A stretch of DNA of 64,000 nucleotides, taken from contig NMRA01000590.1 of the NCBI GenBank assembly GCA_002633005.1, forward strand, positions 1 to 64,000, read 5' to 3'. Positions 51,794 to 64,000 of this stretch are shown piece by piece. Below the pieces are notes generated by a model. The model was not told where the DNA came from, did no database searches, and saw only the letters and a list, made by a program, of their open reading frames with translations. This DNA comes from Phoronis australis (taxonomy: Eukaryota > Animalia > Phoronida). The position numbers and the translations under genes are program-made. The stretch's first letter is position 1; every line of letters starts with the position of its first letter.

Positions 51794-53672
51794 CATAGAC
51801 TATAGTACATGGACCGCCAACTCCGTATACTTTCAATGGACGAAATCTGTGTGCTTGCGCACAAGCCTTGACGTCATTATTCACTGGCGACACCTGGCTA
51901 AATTATCTGGTGTAATTTCCGGCAAGTACGTTGTCTGCTAATCATGGTCGGCTGCTGTGTGGCCGGTTGTTCGGCTACGCAGCCGAAATGCAGAGGCGTT
52001 AGCTTCCATAGTGTACGGAGACCCCAAAATGCGCTGTGGGAGAAAAAGTTATGTTCTCGCGTCGACGTGAATGGAAGTTGTTCTTCCAAAAAAAACTTGT
52101 ACATTTGTTCACGTCACTTCGAAGATGGGTGTTTTTTAAGAGGCTCTGGTAGGCCTACTACCTAATCCTGTCTTCACAATCCATTTTTCTTTTCTCCGTT
52201 TTGAAATTGATGAAAACTATCTGGTGAACTTTTTGACGAAAAATGTCCGCTAAATTTCTTCCAATGGTAGTGACTGGTGAACTCTTGTCCTTACGAGGAC
52301 CTTCAGCCACAGTCTAGTGAGCGAATTAACCAATTTACTCTTCGGTGGCCCTGATCAGACGGTTGGTCTCAGCATAATGCGCACATTTGGCCAGGATTTG
52401 GATCAGCGATTTCAACAAATTCACATTCGTGTACAAATAAATAGGACGCTAGTAAAACCTTTAACATAAATAAAGATTACATTAATACTTCAGAAATAAA
52501 TACCTGGACCTGTCAAAATCTATCCCGCAATTCAACAGCAGGTTACATACTCAATTATTTATGTCGACTGTATGCCGCACAAAACTTGAACCATCTTAGC
52601 CAAGTACGCTGCAGTCTATGAAAATACCAGAATAACGAAAAACCTCGGAAGCAAGGGAAATGAACCCTAAGAGGTAGCAAGCAAGATAAAGGGGGTGGTA
52701 GGGACGTGAAGCTGACGTGTGCTAATTTTCAATTTCATACTTTTATGTGGCATTTTCATAATTTTGATTTGAGATGTCAACTCAGATCAAACGGTTTGAA
52801 AGTTCGGATTTTTAATTTGTAATGAACTTGNNNNNNNNNNNNNNNNNNNNNNNNNNNNNNNNNNNNNNNNNNNNNNNNNNNNNNNNNNNNNNNNNNNNNN
52901 NNNNNNNNNNNNNNNNNNNNNNNNNNNNNNNNNNNNNNNNNNNNNNNNNNNNNNNNNNNNNNNNNNNNNNNNNNNNNNNNNNNNNNNNNNNNNNNNNNNN
53001 NNNNNNNNNNNNNNNNNNNNNNNNNNNNNNNNNNNNNNNNNNNNNNNNNNNNNNNNNNNNNNNNNNNNNNNNNNNNNNNNNNNNNNNNNNNNNNNNNNNN
53101 NNNNNNNNNNNNNNNNNNNNNNNNNNNNNNNNNNNNNNNNNNNNNNNNNNNNNNNNNNNNNNNNNNNNNNNNNNNNNNNNNNNNNNNNNNNNNNNNNNNN
53201 NNNNNNNNNNNNNNNNNNNNNNNNNNNNNNNNNNNNNNNNNNNNNNNNNNNNNNNNNNNNNNNNNNNNNNNNNNNNNNNNNNNNNNNNNNNNNNNNNNNN
53301 NNNNNNNNNNNNNNNNNNNNNNNNNNNNNNNNNNNNNNNNNNNNNNNNNNNNNNNNNNNNNNNNNNNNNNNNNNNNNNNNNNNNNNNNNNNNNNNNNNNN
53401 NNNNNNNNNNNNNNNNNNNNNNNNNNNNNNNNNNNNNNNNNNNNNNNNNNNNNNNNNNNNNNNNNNNNNNNNNNNNNNNNNNNNNNNNNNNNNGTTTCAA
53501 TACCGAAATTAATATAAATTAATGTTTTTTTCGCTGTTTTGGACAGTAAAGTAGATGCAGGTATTTCTCGTCAAATTAAAACTGACCGGAAACTGCAGCA
53601 GATAGGTCAGGAGAGTTCAACTCAGCTCGTAAGAATATGCCGGAGTTGCGAATCTGTTGTCTATAATCTATG
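51794..53672 (+). mobile_element. P-element-like non-autonomous transposon carrying a THAP domain (contains N-gap 52831-53493)
   Basis: TIR CATAGA(C/T)TATAG...CAACTCCG; 7-bp TSD GTAAAAG at 51787-51793 and 53673-53679. Confidence 0.7.
51944..52165 (+). pseudogene. THAP zinc-finger (C2CH) ORF, truncated transposase N-terminus
   Basis: MVGCCVAGCS...VSFH...W...ICSRHF...F, the THAP signature; stops after 73 aa. Confidence 0.75.
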
Positions 53673-54585
53673 GTAAAAGCATATTGTCTACATCTTCACC
53701 TACTAATATTCGTGTCTACGACAATACATGACATGGAAAATTGCATTTGTTGAAAACTCCAAGTCAGCTTTTTGTGAGGGTTACTAATTTAAATCAAATC
53801 ATTCCAGCTTGCCATTGTTAGAAATACTACTGAGCTTGCACTCATTAAGCCTTGGGATGTCAAGAGTGAAAATGTAAAAGCCGTAGGCTTATTTGACCAT
53901 GTCTCTCACAATTATGAGCTTCTAAACTGTACCAATTGAAATATCCCTGTTTAACGAGAACAAGGCAATCAAACATGCAAACTTCGATTCATATGTACGA
54001 ACCATTATTCATAGAAACACTTGAATCGTACATACAAACCATATCAAATGTATGAACAAAAATTCATGCATGTAAACCAACTTGAAACAAACAGATAAAA
54101 CAAAAAACAGGGGTATGAAGTAATATCACATAACTACGTAAACATTTTCTAGTGATGGTGGTCATCATTCGTTTTCCCAAGGAGTCTAGCACTAAGCAAA
54201 ATGGCAACATAAAATGTATCTGTAGAGGAACTATGTTCTTACATGTTATTTGTATATCTGATTAGTTATTTTGTGTGCATGACTGTCCATTTGTACACGT
54301 CATGTTATGGTTTGTATGTATAAATGAAGCGTTCTTCCAAATGATGCAGTGTTTTGTGCTTGTGACTCTAAGTCTGTACGTATGACTGCCTGGCACCCTC
54401 GATTAGTTGCTGACAAATGTTGAGCTCGTGGTAACTTTCTTTATCACCTAAATGTGATTATGGCAATGGTATATTTTCAGTGGGCTTGAGCTTTCTGGAA
54501 TCGTTGCAATTGATTCTGTCTGTGACGACGAAGCCTTGATGTTTGTATCCAGGCCATTCATTACAAAGGTGATGTGAAAGTACTG

Positions 54586-54802
54586 GAGTCTGTTCCAAGA
54601 AATTGACAAGATCATTTTTGACTTAAGTCTATGAGATTTGTCTTTAACTTCCAAACTTTGAAACTTCCAATTTTGATAAGTTAAGACAAAACTTATGTCA
54701 AACACTTTCTTGAATTGGTTTTGAGACAAATTCAACTTTATTTTAAAATTGACTAAAAGTTGAAAATTGTCTTAGCTAAGTCAGTTCTGTTGGAACAGGC
54801 CC
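54586..54802. mobile_element. Harbinger-like MITE
   Basis: TIR G(A/G)G(T/C)CTGTTCCAA; 3-bp CTG direct repeats at 54583-54585 and 54803-54805. Confidence 0.55.
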
Positions 54803-57800
54803 CTGATATTTAAAATTTGAGAGAATTAGTCAGTGCTCATGAATTATCTTGGCAACAAACTATTTAGTGTTCTAACTGATGATTGAATTGTGAAATGTTT
54901 TGTGCATATATTTTGCGTGGTATATTCCAATAAAATGGATTTTTCTACATGAATTGTCTGGTATGGTCAGGAATGGTGTGCACAGGTTTCTCTTTTGAGC
55001 ATGACTGATTTTTGCATACTCTGTTTACATGCACTGTATATATTTGTGATTTGCAAAGATGTAACTAAAAGTAAATACATCAAAAAGGAGATGGGCAGCA
55101 GTTTTGGTGACCCTTTTGAATAATAACCACCTATTAGGTATGGTTTTATAGGTCATCGTGTAACTACTCTTGTCATATTTGTGTTTTTAATGTGATACAT
55201 TGGTATTCCCAACTTATTTGAATATAGTGTGGGCAGAGTTGAATTCACTGATTGCATTTGCACATACATGTCTTTGCACTGAATTAGACATTTTTTTTCT
55301 TTTTTGAAGTTGATTGCTGTATAATTTAAAAGTTTATATTCAAAGGCAACGTTGGGATTTTGAGGAGTTTTTATCAGTAGCATAGACAATGCATGAAATT
55401 TGTGACATCAAGTCATAAGTGTGTGTTCTGGATAGAATTTCCTAAGTCTGTTTTCTGAGTTCTAAATATAGAGACCATGCGGTACATGGATTGTTTTTTT
55501 TATCATAGCTTAATCGTGGTTAGGCGATATGTGGTGAAATCCAATAAGTACGGACTGAACAATGCTTTAAAAGAGAAACACTCGAACATTTTTGACTCTC
55601 TATATTACAGGCTATTGATTGATGTTTCTGAGGACCTAGCATGCGATGACCTGGACGATAACTGTAAGTGCAACATAACCATTGTGTACACATTTAAATT
55701 ATGAGTTATCCAATTTTTATTTTTTTTTTTAGTATTTTTATTTTCTCTAGCATTGGTATTTACAATTTACACGACACAATAAACAATACAGTATACAAGT
55801 ACATTAGTTGCAACAAATTATCGTCAAGTATCACCATTTGGTATACAGAACATAAATACAGATATGTAAGAAAAAAATCAAGCCATTCTCATCCTTAACA
55901 TACACGCCACACGCACCCGCCCCCCCCAACTTACTCTCAGTAGGATGTTGTCAGGCAAAAGTTATGGTTAACCAGTTTATCCAATTTTTAATAAAAATAC
56001 ATCATTATTGTTCAGTGCTGACAAATGTTAATGTATTTATTGAAGTGTATCTTCTACTGACGATTGGTCATAATAGCTCAGTGCATGGACAGCAATGAAT
56101 CTAAGGTTGGAAGCCCTGACAGGACAGAAATCCTTTCACAGTACTAACCAGTAGGTCCTGCAAAATGACCAAAGAAGGCATCGTAAGGCGTCATCTAACG
56201 CTATATGTATAAAACATTTGAATTCTGAACGAACTGTAATTAACTGTTCTCCAGTGCACATAATGCGAGCCCTGTTACTTAGTAGTTCTTCAAGTGCGTT
56301 ACGGGAGCTAGGTGTTGTGTCGGTTTTGAAATTCTAAAGGGCAAGATCATCACGCTTTCTCTTGTTGCAGTCCAGAAAGTATCCTTGATGATGTGGATAT
56401 TAGCGATGTTGGATTTGGAGATGAAGAGTTTGGTGGGGAGGAAGTTGCAGGAGATAGCATCAATATGTACCGCTATGGCGACTATGATGACACGTTGTCT
56501 ACAGGTTTCAGTGGTGTCCACAGAATTCATGATGCAGCTGGTGCACACTCAGCTGTGGACGATAGCAAATTTATTGTTTTTATGACACCCTCCTTTCCCT
56601 TTCAAATATCATCAGCGTGTCTTGCAAAGAATGAGTGATGTTCGGATTTCTTCTTTTAAATGTTCAACACTCTCTTTCTACCTTCTTCTCCGAAAGGTGT
56701 CGCACTTGCTCATCTGGTCATTGCATTTACTCTTCTCTGAAAATTAGGAGATTTTTCACTAATTATGGAAAGGAGATATTTATCCCGTCTTGTATTCTTA
56801 TAATTCACTTAGCTACAAGCTCAGCTCACTACTAGAAAAAACTGGAACTTTATTCAAAAGTTGATGTCACATCTTATTTTGGATCATTAGACAAATGATA
56901 ACCACATGAAAATCTGTGTAAAATGTAATAGCTCCTTATTTCTTCAAGATGTAAAATGAAACAGAAGGTTAAATATTGGATATTCTATATATTTACAAGT
57001 CATAAATTATTCTCTGAACTATAATATTTGAGTTGTTTTTTCACGTGTTTGTTATTCATGATAAAGTACCTGTACGTCATCTTGATAAGATGCATAACCT
57101 TGCAGATCACGATGAGCTGGGGTCACTGAAGCTGGACCTGGAGTAGCTGTAGCGACTGACTTCCATTTCCTTCCTCTACCTCCTGTTACACTTTCACCTC
57201 TCCTTGTTTTCATGGCTCTCCCACCTATCCTACGGAAATAAACAGGCCTTTTAAATTTCATATAGTCTCAAAGTTCATTAAAAGCCATGCCAAACATTGG
57301 GAGTAATTTCCAAACCAAATGCTTCAAACAGGACTGGTAATGTGTGAAAAAATTCTGTTTCTGAGAGCATTCCATTAGTGAGTTCTCGATGTGTTCTAAT
57401 ATTTTGATGCAATGGTAGACTGAACACTGGTTCGAGTTCATCACTTTATTAATCTTGACTGTATGCTCATATTAAGTCCATTCAAACAAAACGTACAACA
57501 TAATGTCTGTTCTATGCTCAGCCAGTGCGACAAAGCCTTAACTTTCAGTACCTCCTACAATTGCTGGTGAAATAACATGCTACTGTTGACAGTTCTTTGT
57601 TCTCTAGCCACAGGTGAAGTGTTAGACAAGTTCTGTGCAATTGAAACTGTGTAACGGCTGATGTTGTAGCCAATGAATAATGTTATGAACTATGAAAGTA
57701 CCGAGATGTTCTATTATTTTCTCCTCTGGAATGATACTTAAATGCTCCATGGACAGTAGAAATAAAATTATTTTCAATTAATGTTGCTGCAATTTCTGAT

Positions 57801-60800
57801 GTTTTTAGTGGGACAAATTTGCTGGAAGTGCAATTTATCATTCCATTTGTCCAAAGGTGTGTAGATTGATTCTGTCTTTTTATTTCTAAACACAGTTATG
57901 TTGCTCAAGTGGAATGACCTCTTATTTCGTGCACTAAGTAACTTTGTATCCTTCCATGAGTCCACACATCATTGATGTTTCATTGTAGTCAGATGTAAAA
58001 GTGGAGGTCAGCTCAATAAAATAGAAGTTGATTGCAAACCACAGATTTGTGCAAATCCCTAAATTGCTAAGGGCTTGTAGTTACAGTCAGTGAAAATGTG
58101 TAACATACTTTGAAAAAAAGCAAAATTATTTGGATCATGATGATGCTCGATAAAATAAAACTTTTTGAATGCTGTTGTGACTTAATGTTCATTATGATGC
58201 ATATTGCAAACTATTACTGGGTGAACAATTAGGTCAATATATTGACCACCAGTCCTTGGAACATATGTGTCTGTGACTTATCATCATCACATCTTTCCAT
58301 GTAATGACAATGTAAATTATCAGATGATTGGAGTTTACAGCTTTTGAGATATTAGGAGATACACTGTGTTTTAGGTTCAAAAAGATACCAAAATTTAGCA
58401 TTAGAAAGTTAATCTTCCCAATTTTAAAGTTTTATTTAAAAATTCGCTGTGAAGCACCTTGCAATTGGTTAGAATTACTGTAATAAAAGTGTGATTACTA
58501 AGGCATAATTTTAATATAATTACTAAGTTGGTCAAGTCATTGCACTTGGCCATTTGAACCCTAAAATGCATTGACTACATGTACTTTGGGCCAATTGGGT
58601 GCATTTGGCTCCAGAATTCAAGAAAACCATGGGCCAGAATTTTTGGGGGATTTTTTGATCGGTAAACTTGACAAGAAAGTTCAATGAAGGTTTTCAGACA
58701 AATTCAAATTACATTTTTCTCCACCACTAACAGCTGAGAATTTAGCTAACTGCACTTGCACTACTCGGCCACTTACTGAACGGTGAATACGCCAGTGGCG
58801 GATCTAGGATACCACAAGGGGGGCCCAACATGACACCTCGGAGAAATGCGCAAAGCTCGATTGTATGCACAGGTGGCTCGAATGTTGTGGGGGTTGGCGA
58901 TACGGACCTGGTGTTCCGGAATTCTACCGTTGGGCTCGATATTTTCTCACGCTTCATGCTGTTGCTGTGTAATTTTTGCTTGCACCAGTCATGGGGGGGC
59001 CCTTGGCCAGTACGCAAGCATCACGTAGTAACAATTACGACAATCACCCCAAATACATTTTAGTTATAAATCCTACGTACAGTCACGATGCATTGAAATG
59101 CTTTTAGCAAAATTTTATTGTTCATGTTTACTATAGATTATACACAACATAGTCTAAGATGTTGACCGTACGCCGATCGGTGAGCCAGACTATTTTCATT
59201 CATTAAACGATAAGACATGAATAGAACGTTTTCCGTTTGAAATGCACATAAATGAAAAACTGGGCAAAAAGTATATTAGATCATACTTGGGAGAGCATAG
59301 AAACCAAATAAATCGATAACTTACTTCAGAAATGGAACTTCTTCCAGTCAATCGTGGTGTCGATGTGCTTTCGAAACCAGCCATCACTGTTTTGCTTTCG
59401 GCGACCTTTCACCTGTCTGAGGTCATCAGGCCATTTCCAAATAAGGCACCGCAATGCATTTTGGGACTGTAATGTCGGACTTGACGAGCACGAAGGCGTG
59501 TCTTTTTGGTCAACTTTCAAACGTAAAGAAAAATACTCCAAACTCATCTAAAACTCACTATATTTACGAAACCTACAACAAAAAACTTGTACGCCTCGAT
59601 ATGATACAGGTTTCATGTAAGATGAGTAACATTTACCTTCTTATTGTATACTATTTTTCATGTCCCAAGCCACTTTAAGATTGCTAGGCAATTAAAGAGG
59701 AAACAGGGAAATAAAAATATTCATACCAAAGTCAATGTTATTTTATATACCTCTTGCTTAGTTGTCAGGGTAAACATTCAGGAATGAAAAAACGGGACAA
59801 CTAAATTGAAAAAAGAAATTCCTGATAAAAACCGGGACATCTGGGTCACAGCCAAAAAGCATGGGTGAAATGCTCGAAGTGGCGTACAAAAAAGGCCCCC
59901 ACAGAGTTTTTTGACGAACAGCTGCCACAATACTCAAAAGTAAACCACGGCGTTTTGTTCATTTTCTCAATGAACTGGAAAATTGTGGGTGCCAAAAATC
60001 CAAAAAACGTTCTGTTTTTTGTTGGACAGGAAAATAGGACCATGTCGCCTTGGAAAAAATGGTATTCTATGACATGTCAACATCGCCTTGTGTCATCAAG
60101 GGGGTATTACGGTGGTGCGGCAGGATCGCAGGAAAAACTTAAAAAACAGGACCTTCCGTCAAAACCGTGACAATTCGCAACCGCACACAGATACACACTT
60201 AGTGAGTATTTTTTCGCAAGTTACGTAAACACACCTGTTAGCTGGGCTTAATTTTTCATTTATTACTGCACTCAGAGGCCAAACATCACTTCTTTCTGTG
60301 AAATCTAGTTACGTGATTTTAACGCCCACGAAATCTTTTGCTAAAAATTCCTGGCATATGCAGTGAAGTTGTCGAATAAAATTTTAAGACTAAAGTTGAA
60401 AAGATATCACTGAGAAGCTAGACAGTTCCTGGAATCCAACCGGGTCGCAAGTCGTTGCGTGTAAAGATTGGCCATTGCAGTTGTCGAGTTTTTTGACTAA
60501 TTTCGGCGAGAAATCGGTGGTTGTCTGTAACTCAACAATGTCGCTTGGTGGATAAAAATGACAAAACAAAAATAAACCAATGAATTAGGCTCGATTTGAT
60601 AACTGCATTACTCAACCAAAACTCAGACGAACAGACAATCGGAAATTCACAATGCAAACTCCCTCGGGTCGTTGCATGCTCTAATAAAAAATACAAGGGC
60701 CACCTGTATGAGTTGGTATTTTGGGGATAGAGTTCTATGCTCTGATCTTGCCTAATTTTGCCAAAAGGCATGTCTAGTCTCTTCTGTCAGAGGACATAGC

Positions 60801-61422
60801 ATTATCTGAATATAGGTGTAGGAGAATTTCTCCCCCTTCTTGGTCGCCATCAATGCCAATTACCTCCCATCGTCGCCAGTTTGGTTCCGATCACCACTAA
60901 ATTCCCTGCTCGCCAACAATTTCCCACCCAAGTCGCCACCTTTCCCATCCTCCATTCTACTTCCTAACTCCCATATTTTCATTTTATGCTCCGCTGTCCG
61001 CATTATTATTTCCTCGTTTTCCTTGAATTTTTCTTATTTTTCCGATTCTTGCGGTCCATTGCTCCTAGACCCTCGACAAATTTGCATTAATACCTAGCAA
61101 AATGTCCAGATTTTGGGGTGGGAAACCGTATCTCAAAAACCGCTGTTCGGTTTTATATGAAGCTTTAATTAAATACTCTCTAGAAAGCTACTAGGAATTG
61201 GTTTTAGAATATTCCACGTTTTCAAGTCTTTTTTGAAAATAGGACTTTTATAACCTCCAAGAAAAACTAAAAACTTACATAAAACGAAAGGAAAATTTCA
61301 TTAAAAAAATTGTACCAGCGTTCTTTAGATTAAATCTTCCCTCGTTTTTGTTCCAACTAATTCTAATCTAAATAGGTGAAGAACAATTGTTCACTAACTT
61401 TATATGAACATGTATATCTTAC

Positions 61423-61680
61423 TCGTTCTCAACCTCTTAGGTTCTGTTGATTCCGATTCAAACGTAGCCTTGAATGTCGTAACGACAACAAAGTAATTTG
61501 TTCCAGGAGTCAAATTCGTAATGTCTGTCTTATCAGTTCCGTTATCGACGACCTTTACTAATATCGTTGGACCGGAGCACGTGATGTTGTAGCCGTCTCT
61601 GTTCCCTTGTGCGTGCGACCACGTAACACTCACGTCTGTCGATCGACCAATAAGGTCCACATTCGTTACCGTCGAAAGAC
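61423..61680 (-). CDS. FN3 receptor exon, FN3 domain 2
   Basis: tttgtag|GT...ACGA|gtaag; 258 bp, phase 1-1; VSVTWSHA...GYNITC...ITNLTPGTNYFVVVTT. Confidence 0.92.
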
Positions 61681-62190
61681 CTACAAAATGTTTCGTTGAT
61701 ATCAATTCACAAAGAACTGTTTTAAAAGAGGTTGAACGGAAATATGGCGTAAAAATTGGATATTGAAACTGGAGGTGACTAGACAGACAATTTGTTAGAA
61801 AATAATAGCGCCAATTCTTGTACGTGCCTGCTGCTAATTATTCTGTTTCAAAGTACATGCCAGATTCTGGCTAATTAAAAGTACATAAATGTAATGAGTG
61901 TGTGATATAATAGATCTTTATACTGATGAAAATAGTTAAGAAAGATTCGCTAGTTATGTAAACACTCATACTTTAGGTTTGACTTGTCGTAATTGTTTTG
62001 ATTGCTAACATGTTTGTGTGATTGGTTACAACGGCAACACGCACGTCCCTTCGGGGCAATGCTGTGGAGAAAATGCACGAAAACCAAAGTCTATCTGAAA
62101 TATTGACATGAACTAAGTACAAAGCAAGCGATTGCATGAGCAGTAGTTAACAACGTCTACGAAAATCAGCTCAAGTGCATGAGAACATAC

Positions 62191-62454
62191 GAGTCTTTAT
62201 CGAACGCGATGTGCTCGATACGTCTCTAAAACCCGTCAGTTGAGTAGCAACCACCACTCGGTACAGAGATCCTGGTACAAGGCCCGTGCACTTGCCACTG
62301 GTTAAATCTTTTGCGATTGCGAAGCTGTGGTTCCGCCCGTTTGGGCCACTACACGACAACTCATAAGAATCAAAGTTACCCTCTGCTGCCGTCCACGTCA
62401 CCTGTATTGTAGTTGGTTGTGAAGAGCTCTGTGTGAAGCTGACTTGGTGGAGCT
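62191..62454 (-). CDS. FN3 receptor exon, FN3 domain 1 seen (more exons expected upstream, beyond 64000)
   Basis: ttgtag|AG...ACTC|gtatg; 264 bp, phase 1-1; IQVTWTAA...SYELSC...KCTGLVPGSLYRVVVAT. Confidence 0.92.
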
Positions 62455-63356
62455 CTACAATTGCATTGTATACAAGGTGTACTGTATGAACAGGTGAGAA
62501 GTACATGAAGTAGAACGTTTTGTCTGAAGGACAAAGGTATTCAAAGTGAAGCAAACGGCAAGCAAGTTGTTTTTCCGAGACTAACCCACGAGGGGAAATT
62601 GCAGTTTGACGCTTTGCCAGCGTAATTAAACCGCAGTGTTGTAAGTGAAATCATTTGCTATTATTCCGGTTTTAGACAAACGTGAAGTGCAAAAAGCGGG
62701 GACAAATAACAAAATACGACGGTTTCATAGTTCTAGAAAGAGGTAATCAATATAGATTGTTACATGGCGATGTCGTTATCCCCCGTTATCTAGAGCCCGA
62801 GTGGATTTTGGAGAATTATCGTCCGATACCAAACATTGCAATGAATCGATCTACCTTTCTCGACTCGCCACGGCTTTGTAACTACTTTCTATGTGATAGG
62901 CCAGGGGTCGGAGGTCGTGACCTTTTAAGGAAAGCCGAGCTATTTTTTTCAAATAAACTTTTACTCAAAACCAATTGAAAAATAAAACAAAGTAGAAATA
63001 ATTAAAGTGAATCTATAAATTAAGGTTTAGCAACTATTATAGCTTACTACACATTTTATCACGCTAAGGTTCGACCGGAAAATATCGTCTGCTAAAGTTG
63101 GTTACCACTAGTAGCTGACTATAATGCTCAAGTCAAAGGATCCCGACGACACGATGCCCGCATTCAAGTTGGAGATCGGTGATTTACAAGTGAGTAAACA
63201 CGAGAGAAAAATTTCACTGAATTAAAATATCGTTTTTATGGAAATTATGCGTCTTATTTTTTATAGCGGATGAATGTCGGTGCAATGCCCTTTGCTGGAC
63301 ATGCGACTGTTGCGCGTGCACATTTAAGTATTCTAGTTTCACGTTCGATGACGTCA

Positions 63357-63440
63357 GCCGCTGATTGGTGTAGTGCTAAAGTCGGCGACTCGAAACTCTT
63401 GAGGCCCGGGTTCGAATCCGGCCTCGGTTTCCCGCCAAAA
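63357..63440 (+). mobile_element. tRNA-derived SINE head or tRNA pseudogene
   Basis: A-box-like TGGTGTAGTG and B-box GGTTCGAATCC; acceptor and anticodon stems do not pair properly. Confidence 0.55.
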
Positions 63441-64000
63441 CGTTATCTCACTAGCTTTAACTTTATGGGTTATTACGCGGTTGTATCTCCCACTCGAGGG
63501 TAATATTGTGGTTTAAACAAGTTAATCCAATTAAAGAATGTTAAAAAATCCATAAAGCGGCTTTCTGTGGATTAAATACTTGTAAATTCTGCCACCACTG
63601 AGGAAGAGTTTTAGAACACTGACGATAACGTACTGTCTCGAGTCATTTACCAAACTAAAGATTACTGCTAGAAAATTGAGAGGGCATTGGACAAATCAAC
63701 GGTGTTCAAGAAATCAATTGCTCCAACGCCTGTTCATTCGTCCTGGAAAACCTACAATCTTAACGGGATTTTGAGCACCGTTCTATAACATATTCCTGCA
63801 AGCATAGGGATTATTTTTGTCGAATAACATCAACTAATATCAACTTAAATTCAAACTACACGAGGTCATCCTAAGTTTCATGGTCAATTCCTTTCTGCAT
63901 CTCTTTAAGTCTCAAGTAAACCCCCTTCTATTTCGGCCCAGTTTACACGTGTATCTTCCAAAACCTCAAGAATGAAATTGAAGGCAGCGAACAACGTGTT

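Larger units (their letters stand above)
49991..56835 (+). pseudogene. Spliced Kolobok-type transposase pseudogene (N-terminal part)
   Basis: Exon-like pieces 49991-50196 (KRRIYLG.EHCRWESLR...ELAK, in-frame TAG), 51653-51763, 54481-54568, 55611-55663 and 56371 onward (acidic stretch, then SKFIVF...C..GH); the first three join in phase, later ones do not. Confidence 0.5.
49535..59674 (+). mobile_element. Degenerate Kolobok-like DNA transposon (~10 kb, including nested insertions)
   Basis: TTAA|AGTGGC...GCCACT|TTAA (TTAA at 49531-49534 and 59675-59678); plus-strand spliced transposase-like pieces; weak THAP-like remnant on the minus strand near 59280-59470. Confidence 0.6.

Noticed and set aside
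52787-53517. Long ORFs across N-gaps (also 7944-8501 and 40962-41247)
   Set aside because: Open only because of N bases
28941-62454. Dscam-style mutually exclusive exon array
   Set aside because: Exons are highly divergent, widely spaced and join serially in frame; no docking or selector sequences seen, so only ordinary skipping is proposed
63357-63430. Functional tRNA gene
   Set aside because: A and B boxes are present but the cloverleaf stems do not pair; better read as a SINE head or pseudogene

Overview
AT-rich animal (probably marine invertebrate) genomic DNA with spliceosomal introns and three assembly gaps; nothing prokaryotic such as CRISPR, rRNA or operons. The main feature is a large minus-strand gene, with its 5' end beyond the window edge. 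It has nine single-domain fibronectin type III (FN3) exons, all phase 1-1, from 62454 down to 25753, and a last exon (24709-24228) with one TM helix and an acidic, apparently non-catalytic tail. It resembles an R3 receptor-PTP ectodomain without the phosphatase. Oddities of this gene: a probable GC-AG intron, a protein-like in-frame extension behind a UGA-CUA stop, and a possible decayed FN3 exon. Also present: a minus-strand Fic/Doc-like gene whose catalytic half falls in an N-gap, a near-perfect 122-bp inverted repeat upstream of it, and the plus-strand last exon of a second single-pass membrane protein. The rest is a dense, nested set of transposon remnants (Gypsy, BEL/Pao, L1/Tx1, Sola3-like, Kolobok-like, P-like/THAP, Merlin- and Harbinger-like MITEs, Helentron-like, tRNA-SINE). 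All family calls come from motif recognition by eye, not from database searches.
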